A stretch of DNA of 64,000 nucleotides from Firmicutes bacterium UBA1422. Lineage in GTDB: Bacteria; Bacillota; Clostridia; Peptostreptococcales; Anaerovoracaceae. The first letter of the stretch is position 1. Each line of letters begins with the position of its first letter. The notes below the pieces were generated by a model that made no database searches, was not told the DNA's origin, and saw nothing but the letters and a program-made list of their open reading frames with translations. The translations under genes were made by a program, and so were the position numbers. Below, one piece after another: positions 1 through 8,315 of the stretch. The stretch spans positions 18,650 to 82,649 of the forward strand of contig DBPK01000007.1 of the NCBI GenBank assembly GCA_002304835.1, in the 5' to 3' direction.

Positions 1-81
1 TGAGGTGAAAATTCAGAAGCTGATTACGCTTACGGTTTTTTTCATTTCTAAGTGGCCGTCTTCCTGTACATTGCTTTCCCA

Positions 82-1173
82 TTATACCGCCTCCTGCCAG
101 TCATTCACTTTCATGAGCTTTCCAACGATCTCATCTTGCTTATGAGGGAACATATGCGCATAGTGCATCGTGATATCTATGTTTTCATGACCAACTCTAT
201 TTGCGATATCTACCGCTGAGAATCCCATATCTATCAGCATTGATATATGAGAATGTCTAAGGTCATGTATCCTTATACGCTTTACTCCTGTTGCTTCTGT
301 ACCTCTGTCCAGTTCATGATGTAGACCGCTTTTTGATACCATGAAAATCCTATTCTCAGTTCCAAGTCCATATTGCATCTTTACAAATATTTCTATCTCC
401 CTTGTAAGAAAATGTGGTATCTTTACAACACGGATCCCTTTCTTTGTCTTTGGGGGTGTTATTACTATCTCTCCTCGCAAATGTTGTAATGATTTAGTGA
501 CATTGATCTGATCGTTTTCAAAATCTATATCATCCGGAGTCAATGCTAACATTTCCCCAAGCCTCAAACCTCCCCAATACAGTATTTCGAAAGCTGTAAA
601 AGATTCGATATTATCACTGATGGCTTCTGAAAAAGTCTTATACTCTTCCTTTGTCCATATCTTCATTTCAACCGTCCTTTCATCTCCACCTATCGGACCT
701 GCCGCATGTACTGGGTTCTTCTTCAGTTCATACAACCTGACTGCATGATTGAATATGCAACTGAGCTGTGCCTGTATCGTCTTGAGATATTTTTTTGAAT
801 ACAGCGGTCTACCGTCATCGTCTCTCATCTCCATCAAAGTATTCTGCCATTTGATGATGTCGCTTGCTTTGATCTCATTCATTTTTCTCTTTCCGAAATA
901 TGGGATAAGTTTATCTTTCAGGATATATTCTTTTGTGAGCCATGTATTCCATCTAAGCTTTGGCTTCATGTCCTCAGAATACAACTGAACAAAATCGTTG
1001 AATGTCATATCTAAAGTTTCTGCCTTTTTCTCAAGAAAACTCCTTTCCCAATCCTGGGCTTCGCGCTTTGTCTTGAATCCTCTTTTATATTTCTTCTTGT
1101 TCTCACCTGTCCAATCCTCATAGTAAAATGCTGCGAACCATGAGTTTCCTTTCTTATCTTTATATGCCGGCAT
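82..1173 (-). CDS. int: Tyrosine recombinase / ICE integrase (Tn916-Int-like)
   Basis: 363 aa. N-terminal arm-binding-like region KGNSWFAAFYYEDW..GFKTKREAQDWE. C-terminal catalytic region with HDLRHSH and HYAH (Tyr). RBS AGAGGTG upstream. Confidence 0.9.
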   Translation of the reverse strand: MPAYKDKKGNSWFAAFYYEDWTGENKKKYKRGFKTKREAQDWERSFLEKKAETLDMTFNDFVQLYSEDMKPKLRWNTWLTKEYILKDKLIPYFGKRKMNEIKASDIIKWQNTLMEMRDDDGRPLYSKKYLKTIQAQLSCIFNHAVRLYELKKNPVHAAGPIGGDERTVEMKIWTKEEYKTFSEAISDNIESFTAFEILYWGGLRLGEMLALTPDDIDFENDQINVTKSLQHLRGEIVITPPKTKKGIRVVKIPHFLTREIEIFVKMQYGLGTENRIFMVSKSGLHHELDRGTEATGVKRIRIHDLRHSHISMLIDMGFSAVDIANRVGHENIDITMHYAHMFPHKQDEIVGKLMKVNDWQEAV

Positions 1174-1175
1174 GT

Positions 1176-1373
1176 TTATTCACCTCTTTCTGCTATATTT
1201 GTTCCATATATTCTTTCGCAGTAGTATTGCCTGCTTACCCTGCCTGCCACTGTCAAATAACCTTTTCCTTTTAATTCAGCATTCATTTCTCTTATCATCC
1301 TGTATGCATATCCTTTTGATACTCCAAAATCTTTTGCTATGATATCTGCTGTTACAAACATTGCATTTTCCAT
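1176..1373 (-). CDS. Excisionase-like small HTH DNA-binding protein
   Basis: Lies directly upstream of int. HTH segment IIAKDFGVSKGYAYRMIREM. Start moved to MENAMF, which is preceded by GGAGGAGAAA; the ORF-track start at 1451 has no RBS. Confidence 0.6.
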   Translation of the reverse strand: MENAMFVTADIIAKDFGVSKGYAYRMIREMNAELKGKGYLTVAGRVSRQYYCERIYGTNIAERGE

Positions 1374-1462
1374 TTTCTCCTCCGCTTTATTTCCCGGGAT
1401 ACCCCGTATATTACTTAAGTTTTTCATTTCTGTTAATGATGCGTTTTTCAAAATCGCACATT

Positions 1463-1879
1463 CTATCGACGCTTGCTCCTGCTGCGTCTCTGCTTTGGAT
1501 CTGCATCATCGCACTCACTTGCAGAGCAGGCTCTCTTGACCGCTTTCATTTCGCTTTTATCTAGTGTGCAGCGATGCTCCAAAAGCTGAGTCTTGGATAT
1601 CGTCTTCCTCTGTTCGGTCATCACCATGGAATCCTGTCTCAGGCCTTTCCTCATAGGAATGACCACATGGGTTTTCATCCCCGGGTTCTTTATCTTAGTA
1701 GTCACCATAGCGACGATGACTGTTGGTGATTTTCTGTTCAGCCAGTTGCTCTGAGTTATCAGGACCGGCCTTCGTCCGGCCTGGACACTTCCGATCTCAT
1801 CTTCCGGAAGATCTGCGTCATATATTTCTCCGCGCTTTACCGGTTTTATATCACTAGGCATGGCAATCTTTTTGTTCAT
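1463..1879 (-). CDS. mazF: MazF/PemK-family endoribonuclease toxin-like protein with a basic C-terminal tail
   Basis: RGEIYDADL..GSVQAGRRPVLITQSN..SPTVIVAMVTT matches the PemK/MazF core pattern. RBS TAGGAGG. C-terminal PKQRRSRSKRR tail. Confidence 0.75.
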   Translation of the reverse strand: MNKKIAMPSDIKPVKRGEIYDADLPEDEIGSVQAGRRPVLITQSNWLNRKSPTVIVAMVTTKIKNPGMKTHVVIPMRKGLRQDSMVMTEQRKTISKTQLLEHRCTLDKSEMKAVKRACSASECDDADPKQRRSRSKRR

Positions 1880-1888
1880 AGCAGCCTC

Positions 1889-2197
1889 CTAGATGTATCT
1901 GATAAGGATCTCTCTTGCGTTCCTTATCTCGACCCTTATGTCTTTAAGCGATAACCCAAGTTCATCTTTTAGATCCGCTATGCTTTTATCCTCAAATATG
2001 AATCCCTCAATGATACTGAGCTGCACATCGGAAAGTTTGAATAAGCCAGTTTTCAGGTCGTCATCGACCTTTCTTATCCAGCTCCTGTCATGCTTCTTTT
2101 GATAGGTTTCCTTTAGACCATCTACTGAAAGCAGCATATCGATGATCTTACTCATATCATCTGAATATATGAGCATTTCGTTTTTTCTTTTCTGCAT
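1889..2197 (-). CDS. Small sigma-70 region-4-like HTH protein (Tn916 orf7/orf8-type regulator?)
   Basis: C-terminal LSDVQLSIIEGFIFEDKSIADLKDELGLSLKDIRVEIRNAREIL resembles a sigma region-4 HTH. Start set at MQKRKNE after GAGGAAAAG; the longer ORF-track N-terminus lacks an RBS. Confidence 0.5.
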   Translation of the reverse strand: MQKRKNEMLIYSDDMSKIIDMLLSVDGLKETYQKKHDRSWIRKVDDDLKTGLFKLSDVQLSIIEGFIFEDKSIADLKDELGLSLKDIRVEIRNAREILIRYI

Positions 2198-2329
2198 CTT
2201 TTCCTCGCTTCCTGATATGAATACACATATCCCGCAAGGCGGCATCTGGACGGATCTAACATGTAGACCGGCACAGGATCGCATACTTGACAAGCAAGAA
2301 TTGTAAAACCGTGCCGGTGAATTTCTTTG

Positions 2330-2650
2330 TTAAGATCCATATTTGTCCACGACGCCCCTGATCTGCGGGAATTTGTCAGGCGACTGCTTGCGATGCAGTC
2401 TCACGGGTCCTTATGCCCCTCCGAGGTTCTCTCCGAGCCGCCCTCATTGCGTGTTCCTGCATTACTGCAGGGCTGTGACTGGACGGGAGTATCATTATCC
2501 TCTTTGGCTTTCGTCGCACGTAACGGGTGCTGCCCGTCTTTTGAAACGAAGACATTTTCGCTCGCCCGAAGGGTCATGGCGCATCGTTCCCGCATGCTCA
2601 CGTATTACCGATACCAAAGAGAAAGTACCTGATAGCTGTGTATTCGATTA
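2330..2650 (-). ncRNA. Candidate structured non-coding RNA or leader (GC-rich core of a ~570-bp ORF-poor spacer, 2198-2766)
   Basis: No credible ORF; only overlapping shadow ORFs without RBS. Visibly GC-richer than its flanks. Hairpins: GACTGC/GCAGTC 2382-2400, CCTGCA-TTAC-TGCAGG 2456-2471 (GUAA tetraloop on the minus strand), ACGGG/CCCGT 2523-2537, GTCTT/AAGAC 2536-2553. Strand inferred from flanking transcription and the GNRA loop. Confidence 0.3.
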
Positions 2651-2766
2651 TCATTGTTCTATGGAGGTCCTTTTCTCTGGCCCTTTGCCGGAGATATTTG
2701 TCCTCTCACTATCCCTAGGAATGAAAGGAACAAAAATTACATGATTTTCGAAAACTTTTTTATTAT

Positions 2767-3252
2767 TTATATCCAACCGTCTTTCTTGAGGTGCGCTCTG
2801 AGCTTCTCATATATGCGCTCTTCCCTGTGTCTGAACATCCTTGGTGATATGCCGAGCTCTTTCGCGCAATCCTTCTTCTTCCTACCGGAAACAATAAGTT
2901 CAAGTACCTTCTGCTCATCCTTATCCAGCATCTCTATTGCTTTCGCAAGTTCCTTCAGCTGGCCATTCCTAATTACTGTGGCTTCTACATCTGTCTCTGA
3001 TCTCACATCACCGCCATCCCCATCAATAAAACGTTCAAGTGATATATCACTTCCTGATGCTCCGGTGCCGAATCTGGATATGTCGCACCTGCTGCAATCA
3101 CCCTTGCAGCGCACGCCCTTACCATCACGACAGCGCCATACATTCTGCTTTCTCTTCTTCTCTCTCCACTGCGGCTGCCTGTATGCGCGGTAGATTTCTT
3201 CAGTAACAACGATCTTCTCTCCATCAATGATGAGGTAATATTCCTTTTTCAT
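2767..3252 (-). CDS. Sigma-70 family (region 4) regulator with a Cys-rich middle segment
   Basis: 161 aa. C-terminal EQKVLELIVSGRKKKDCAKELGISPRMFRHREERIYEKLR is a region-4 HTH. WRCRDGKGVRCKGDCSRCD cysteine cluster. RBS AGGAGG. Confidence 0.6.
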   Translation of the reverse strand: MKKEYYLIIDGEKIVVTEEIYRAYRQPQWREKKRKQNVWRCRDGKGVRCKGDCSRCDISRFGTGASGSDISLERFIDGDGGDVRSETDVEATVIRNGQLKELAKAIEMLDKDEQKVLELIVSGRKKKDCAKELGISPRMFRHREERIYEKLRAHLKKDGWI

Positions 3253-3405
3253 TTGTATCCTCCTGAAATTCCAAAAATGTAACTTTTCAAAATCCAGGTG
3301 GATCAGGGATATTCAGCAACGTAAGGCTGCCATTTCAAAAACATAAAAGACTCCTGTCCGAGCCGCTTACAAAAGCGACCCAGTCAGAAGCCTTAACGAG
3401 CGTAC

Positions 3406-3475
3406 AAAAAAAGAGCTCTGCAAAACAAAATTATGTGCATCCCTGTCACAGGATCGCTTTTGTTTTGCAAGGCTC
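3406..3475 (-). terminator. Strong rho-independent terminator (minus strand)
   Basis: Arms 3413-3430 and 3458-3475 pair as 4 bp + 2-nt bulge + 12 bp (TGCAAAACAAAA/TTTTGTTTTGCA). Followed on the minus strand by T7 (A-run 3406-3412 on the plus strand). Confidence 0.75.
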
Positions 3476-3675
3476 TTGATGACCCGGCCGGACTATCTGT
3501 CCAACCTACCCTTATCTGCGTCTAGCAGTATGAACATAAGGGCTCAAATTTAACTCGTTTACAAACTCTTGATCTTCGGTGCCGACCTTGATGATTCCCG
3601 CACCCACATTTAAGGGCCTTCGCCAAATCCGACGATTCTTCCGATGATCTCATTCCTATTTAATTGTTATTCTAA

Positions 3676-3861
3676 TTATTTACTCTCAGCAGTATATTCC
3701 GATATGCGTTCATGTAACTTCAGTTCTGTTCCTATATGCACTACAGTCAGTTCGCTGTGGCATCTTGGACACTCTATTTCAAGCTCGCTTCCATCTTTAC
3801 TTTTTAAGAGCTGTTTCCCACAATTCGGGCAGCAGATTATATATTTCTCGTGCTTTTTCAT
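3676..3861 (-). CDS. Small zinc-ribbon protein (61 aa), function unknown
   Basis: CPNCG..x16..CPRCH double CxxC. Start set at MKKHEKY, preceded by AGAGGGG. Lies immediately downstream of the LexA-like gene. Confidence 0.5.
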   Translation of the reverse strand: MKKHEKYIICCPNCGKQLLKSKDGSELEIECPRCHSELTVVHIGTELKLHERISEYTAESK

Positions 3862-3951
3862 TATACACACTTTTCCCCTCTTTGAGATTTCGAGGATATG
3901 CGATATCATGTTTAATCTAATCTGTAGAAACAGCAAATTACATCAATATCA

Positions 3952-4554
3952 TCATTCCAGATCCTTGATTACTTTTACGGCAACGCCCTGTATAATGCAG
4001 TTGTCTATGAATATATCCTCCATTTCCGTATTCTCCGGATGTAGTCTGATCCTCTTGCTGGCCTTATCAATATAGAACCGCTTAAGCGTTGCTTCATTGT
4101 CGATCAGAGCAACTACGATCTCGCCTTCTTCTGCCTCTGATTGACTTTTTATTACTACCATATCGCCGTTCTCTATGCCGGCTCCTATCATGGAGTCGCC
4201 CTTTGCATGGAGCAGATAGAACGGACCCTTTCCGAACAAAGACTCAGGGAGGGAAACGTACTCTTCGATGTTTTCTTCTGCAAACTGTGGTAGTCCGCAG
4301 GCAACACTCCCAAGTATAGCTGCCCTGTTCTCATTCAGATCAGTCTTAAGCATCACATTCGTTCTGATTTCTCTGCCGGTGTAAGAGAGCATTCCTCTTT
4401 CATCCATTTCCACCAGGTACCTGTGGACCGTACCTCTGGAAATCCCGACAGCTTCGGCGATCTTGGTATTGGAAGGTGAGTTATAATGGTCAAAATAGTA
4501 TTTCTCTATATAGTCCATTATCCTTGTCATAGTCGCTTCACTCTTTTTTCGCAT
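3952..4554 (-). CDS. LexA-like repressor (wHTH + S24 autopeptidase domain)
   Basis: N-terminal HTH IAEAVGISRGTVHRYL. Cleavage-site-like VACG. S24 motifs GDSMIGAGIENGD (Ser) and TLKRF (Lys). RBS AAAGGAG. Confidence 0.85.
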   Translation of the reverse strand: MRKKSEATMTRIMDYIEKYYFDHYNSPSNTKIAEAVGISRGTVHRYLVEMDERGMLSYTGREIRTNVMLKTDLNENRAAILGSVACGLPQFAEENIEEYVSLPESLFGKGPFYLLHAKGDSMIGAGIENGDMVVIKSQSEAEEGEIVVALIDNEATLKRFYIDKASKRIRLHPENTEMEDIFIDNCIIQGVAVKVIKDLE

Positions 4555-4634
4555 CTCACTCTCCTTTCCTATCTAAAGCAATTGCTTTTGATACTTTAAT
4601 TATATATGATTTCCTGAAATGTGCAAGAGCATAT

Positions 4635-4701
4635 TTCATGTATACATGAACTGAGTGTTTTTTTGCCCGTTATGTTGGAGGAAAGTTCAATGCAATTGAA
4701 C
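4635..4701. promoter_or_regulatory. Two palindromes upstream of the LexA-like gene (candidate operators)
   Basis: Perfect 16-bp palindrome TTCATGTATACATGAA at 4635-4650. GTTCAAT-gca-ATTGAAC at 4685-4701. Confidence 0.35.
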
Positions 4702-4730
4702 ATGTGAAAACGCATGTCATTTTTTCCACA

Positions 4731-4761
4731 AAAAAAGAAGTGCCAACTTACAATTTGGCAC
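4731..4761 (-). terminator. Rho-independent terminator after vsr
   Basis: GTGCCAA-cttacaa-TTGGCAC stem at 4740-4761, followed on the minus strand by CTTCTTTTTT. Confidence 0.6.
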
Positions 4762-4875
4762 TCACAGTTGCTGGTCTTTCATACATTCTATATCTTCAGG
4801 CTTGATTCCCTTGCCAATTTTTAATTCTTCGTCTTTAGCAAAGAAATTCCTTCGCTGGTTTGTATTTACAAGTAA

Positions 4876-5292
4876 TTATTTACTTGAATTAAGTGTCTTA
4901 AGTTTATTATCTAATATTTTACGATTTTTCTTTTTTAGTTCGCATTCCCAAATTCGTATTACTATCCATCCCCTTGACTTAAAAAATTCCGTAACTTTTT
5001 TATCATGACTTTTATTATACCGTATCTTTTTCTCCCAATAGTCAGCATTTTGTTTAGGAATTGTATTTCTACAATTATGTCCATGCCAAAAACAACCGTC
5101 CACGAATATCGCTATCCGCTTATTAAGAAAAACAAAATCTGGATGTCCTTTAACTTGATAGTTGCGTCGCCATCCTTTTATTCCTTTTTCTTTGAAATAC
5201 GATATTAATTTGAGCTCTGTGCTTGAATTTCCCTTGGACTTCACATTACTCATAATCTCCGACCTTTTCTTTTTATCGAAAACATCTGTCAT
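4876..5292 (-). CDS. vsr: Very-short-patch repair endonuclease (Vsr)
   Basis: SSTELKL..GHPDFVF..IAIFVDGCFWHGHNC..YWEKKI..N..D matches Vsr motifs. Start set at MTDVFDKKKRSEIMS after GGAGTG. Confidence 0.85.
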   Translation of the reverse strand: MTDVFDKKKRSEIMSNVKSKGNSSTELKLISYFKEKGIKGWRRNYQVKGHPDFVFLNKRIAIFVDGCFWHGHNCRNTIPKQNADYWEKKIRYNKSHDKKVTEFFKSRGWIVIRIWECELKKKNRKILDNKLKTLNSSK

Positions 5293-5326
5293 AACAATCA
5301 CTCCAGCCACAGTCATGTCTTTATAG

Positions 5327-6550
5327 CTATACTTGATTTTCTATCAAATTAGCTAACTCCACAATTTTTCTCTCGGTTTTAGTATAATCTGCCATCAAGT
5401 TTTTTACATCAACTAATATCCCTACCACATGCTCATAGGGTTTACTGCTGCTATACAATTTCCAGTCGCTTATTGCCGTACCACAATAAAATAAATTTTT
5501 TTGGGTATAAAATGCTTTGCCATATGCGTCATACGGCATTAAGAAAGCATTATATACTTTGGGATGATTCCCATCGTATAAAAATTTATTTGATTCTGCT
5601 ATATATTCCCCGTATGTTATCTGCTTATTAATTGAGCTCGAATCCGGCAAATGCCCCGGTGCTTTTGACCAGCCATATTTATAGTACTTTGCATCTAATA
5701 CGTATATGGATCCATTCTTAATCATTATAGTGTCCGGCTCTAAATATGAATTATCGTATTTCTCATCATTAATTACCCATTGCGTCCTTGGGAAAAAGTC
5801 AATTTTATCTTTTATACCGTATGCCTTATCAATCATCTTCTCCCATATATACTCAAATCTGTATGTTCCATATCTAAAATCATTTGCAGACCCCTGATCT
5901 CCTAAAGAACTCAAAATAGACAGCATATTTTTAAATAGTTGCTTGTTTCTGTCATTAAATGTCTCTGAAATTTTCTTTTGGACAACCCCTATAAACATTT
6001 TTTTGTTAAATCCGATTCTTGGTTTTTGTGGAACAAAAGAAGAGAACAGCCATCCCATTTTATTAAAACTTTCATAAACGCAATATTCGTGTATTAGCGT
6101 TATAAGTTCGTTTTCATTCATATTACTTTTTTGAGTTATAAAATCGAGATAAAACACATCACCAGCTTGCATATATGCTTGCTGTGTTTTTATAGTTCTT
6201 CCCCAATTTATCCTGCCTTGTCTTTTAGTATTATACACGGTCTCCCGCTCTTTATAATAACCTCGGCTAAAATAATCATTTATAACATATAAATATGCTT
6301 GTATTGGTAACTGCACTTCATCCGTTGACTCAGTCAAATTAATTTCCGAATCTTTTCTATCAGTATTCCTAGATAGCACGTTAATAAGCAACAGGATATC
6401 TCTTCGCAATTTCGATTCATCAACACTAATTCTAAATCCAAGCGGAAAGCTTATCTCAATATCACCCTTTATTGATTTGATTCCGACGAATACATCCGAA
6501 TCAATATTCGTATTTACTTTGCATCTTTCTTTAATACTAATTCTAGACAT
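5327..6550 (-). CDS. LlaJI R2-type / McrC-like restriction endonuclease subunit
   Basis: 407 aa directly downstream of the McrB-like gene. PD-(D/E)xK-like EPDTIMIK..IYVLDAKYYKY. Operon position is identical to R2.LlaJI. Confidence 0.7.
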   Translation of the reverse strand: MSRISIKERCKVNTNIDSDVFVGIKSIKGDIEISFPLGFRISVDESKLRRDILLLINVLSRNTDRKDSEINLTESTDEVQLPIQAYLYVINDYFSRGYYKERETVYNTKRQGRINWGRTIKTQQAYMQAGDVFYLDFITQKSNMNENELITLIHEYCVYESFNKMGWLFSSFVPQKPRIGFNKKMFIGVVQKKISETFNDRNKQLFKNMLSILSSLGDQGSANDFRYGTYRFEYIWEKMIDKAYGIKDKIDFFPRTQWVINDEKYDNSYLEPDTIMIKNGSIYVLDAKYYKYGWSKAPGHLPDSSSINKQITYGEYIAESNKFLYDGNHPKVYNAFLMPYDAYGKAFYTQKNLFYCGTAISDWKLYSSSKPYEHVVGILVDVKNLMADYTKTERKIVELANLIENQV

Positions 6551-6556
6551 AAAACA

Positions 6557-8302
6557 TCATTCCTCATGTATGATTTCCGCATCAAAAACTTCTGATTCTC
6601 CATCGATATCGTTTGCCTCGAGATCCACTTGCATATCAAACATTCTCTTATATACTTCAGCTTTCATCACTCCCTTAATAGGATCATGATGCTTCTTTGC
6701 TTCGTCTTCATATGTACTTACTAATTCTCCTATAGATTTTATCGATTCATCAAACACTTTGTCTCTATCTAGTTTAAACGCATCATCCCATAAATACTTC
6801 AGGGCTTTTTCCGGGAACCTATTTTCGGCAAGTTCTTCTTCCATGACAAAGTATGCGCCAAGTTGCTTGTCTTCTGAACTTGATAATTCTATATTGTATT
6901 CTAGGATTTCTTCATTTACAACTGTTGCAAAGGCACCCCAAGTAATACTGCTCTCTTCGATCTTTTTACCTGCATGTTTTGCATTAGCAACATTATTGCG
7001 AATGTATTCCATGTCCCATCTACGCTGGAAAGCCGTATCAAGAGTAAAAACATTTTGATCAGACGTATTCATTGTAGCCAAAACTGTCAAATTGCTTGGC
7101 ATTATAACATCATGGTTTTCATCACCATCGTACACTTCTTTTGCGATGTCAAAATTTGTTATGTGATATTCTCCGTTACCAGTGTCATCTCTGTCTAGTA
7201 ATTGAAATATATCCCCAAATATGGCTGGAGCATTTCCTCTGTTTATTTCTTCTATTACCAGATAATACATATGTCCTGGATCATTTATGGCTAACTTTAT
7301 TATTTTGGTAAAAGGGCCTGGAATGAATTTATAAGTTAATCTTTCTTCATTACCACCATTGCTTTTTTCTAACTTTGGCATTATTTGTCCGATAAAGTCA
7401 GCATACGTATAATCTGGATGAAAAACAATTCTTTCCGATTTCGTTTTATTATCTATTATCTCATCAACTTTATAGCTCTTCCCTGAGCCAGGCACACCAT
7501 ACAATAGAATATTAGTGCCGCCTTTTACTCTTTCTGTATTAGTGCGGAGCCCAACCTCTTTGTCATTATCAGTAATTGGCACATCACAATCCATATCAAT
7601 ATTATATATTTTTAGATTACTTAAACGAGAACTATATCTATGAATAACATCTGGCGCAACAGAAATATGCTTTCCTCCAATGCTGGAATCACTACTCTCA
7701 ACAAGAAAACCCCATCGCAAAAGAATCATGATTGGTTTACAATCAGCATATTTGTTGGCTTCTTCGCTGAGAGGTACTCCTCCTTCTGATCTAAACTTTT
7801 TAAGTTCAATGATTTCATCCGTGTAATTGCCGCCTTGATCTTCTAATTTCCACAACAAATATGCAAATTCTTTATATGTCAAATACTCCAAGTCCATGCT
7901 TGCTCTGATAAAAAGTGCCGGGGGTTCTACATCAGAATCACTATCAGGGCAACCATAGTTATTGCGTCCAAATTTTACTGTTTCCAAAGATTTCATTAAA
8001 ACCGACTGTATTTTTTCGGTGTCATCTGCCATAATTGCACGATACATTTCTTTGCCTGATTCAGTAATCTTTCTGTTTGAATGAGCATTCTTAATATCTT
8101 CCCATATTGTAAAACCAAAGTACGATGTAATTTGTGCTTTTTTCGTATAAGAAGAAGAATACTGGTCAGCTCCTATCATTGCCTTTAGCCTATCTTTATA
8201 CACGTCGTTCGATAGCCAGTCATCTTCATCATAATATATTTTCAATACTGATTCTATTTCTGTTAGTAATGCACTATTTTTTGGCATAACAATTTTTCCC
8301 AT
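6557..8302 (-). CDS. McrB-like AAA+ GTPase restriction subunit (R1.LlaJI-type) with an N-terminal DNA-recognition region
   Basis: Walker A LLYGVPGSGKS. LVIEEINRGN. McrB signature MNTSDQ and FQRRWDMEY. Confidence 0.8.
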   Translation of the reverse strand: MGKIVMPKNSALLTEIESVLKIYYDEDDWLSNDVYKDRLKAMIGADQYSSSYTKKAQITSYFGFTIWEDIKNAHSNRKITESGKEMYRAIMADDTEKIQSVLMKSLETVKFGRNNYGCPDSDSDVEPPALFIRASMDLEYLTYKEFAYLLWKLEDQGGNYTDEIIELKKFRSEGGVPLSEEANKYADCKPIMILLRWGFLVESSDSSIGGKHISVAPDVIHRYSSRLSNLKIYNIDMDCDVPITDNDKEVGLRTNTERVKGGTNILLYGVPGSGKSYKVDEIIDNKTKSERIVFHPDYTYADFIGQIMPKLEKSNGGNEERLTYKFIPGPFTKIIKLAINDPGHMYYLVIEEINRGNAPAIFGDIFQLLDRDDTGNGEYHITNFDIAKEVYDGDENHDVIMPSNLTVLATMNTSDQNVFTLDTAFQRRWDMEYIRNNVANAKHAGKKIEESSITWGAFATVVNEEILEYNIELSSSEDKQLGAYFVMEEELAENRFPEKALKYLWDDAFKLDRDKVFDESIKSIGELVSTYEDEAKKHHDPIKGVMKAEVYKRMFDMQVDLEANDIDGESEVFDAEIIHEE

Positions 8303-8315
8303 ACGACTCTCCTTA

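Noticed and set aside
2340-2650. Group II intron fragment (GTGCG on the minus strand near 2515) or retron msr/msd
   Set aside because: No domain V-like GAGCCGTAT...GAAA...ACGGTTC hairpin. No intron-encoded protein or reverse transcriptase anywhere in the window. The region is far too short for an intron.
2327-2744. ORFs of 101, 133 and 66 aa inside the GC-rich spacer
   Set aside because: They overlap one another in different frames and strands, lack RBS, and have Arg/Ser/Cys/Pro-biased composition. Treated as non-coding; a decayed pseudogene cannot be excluded.
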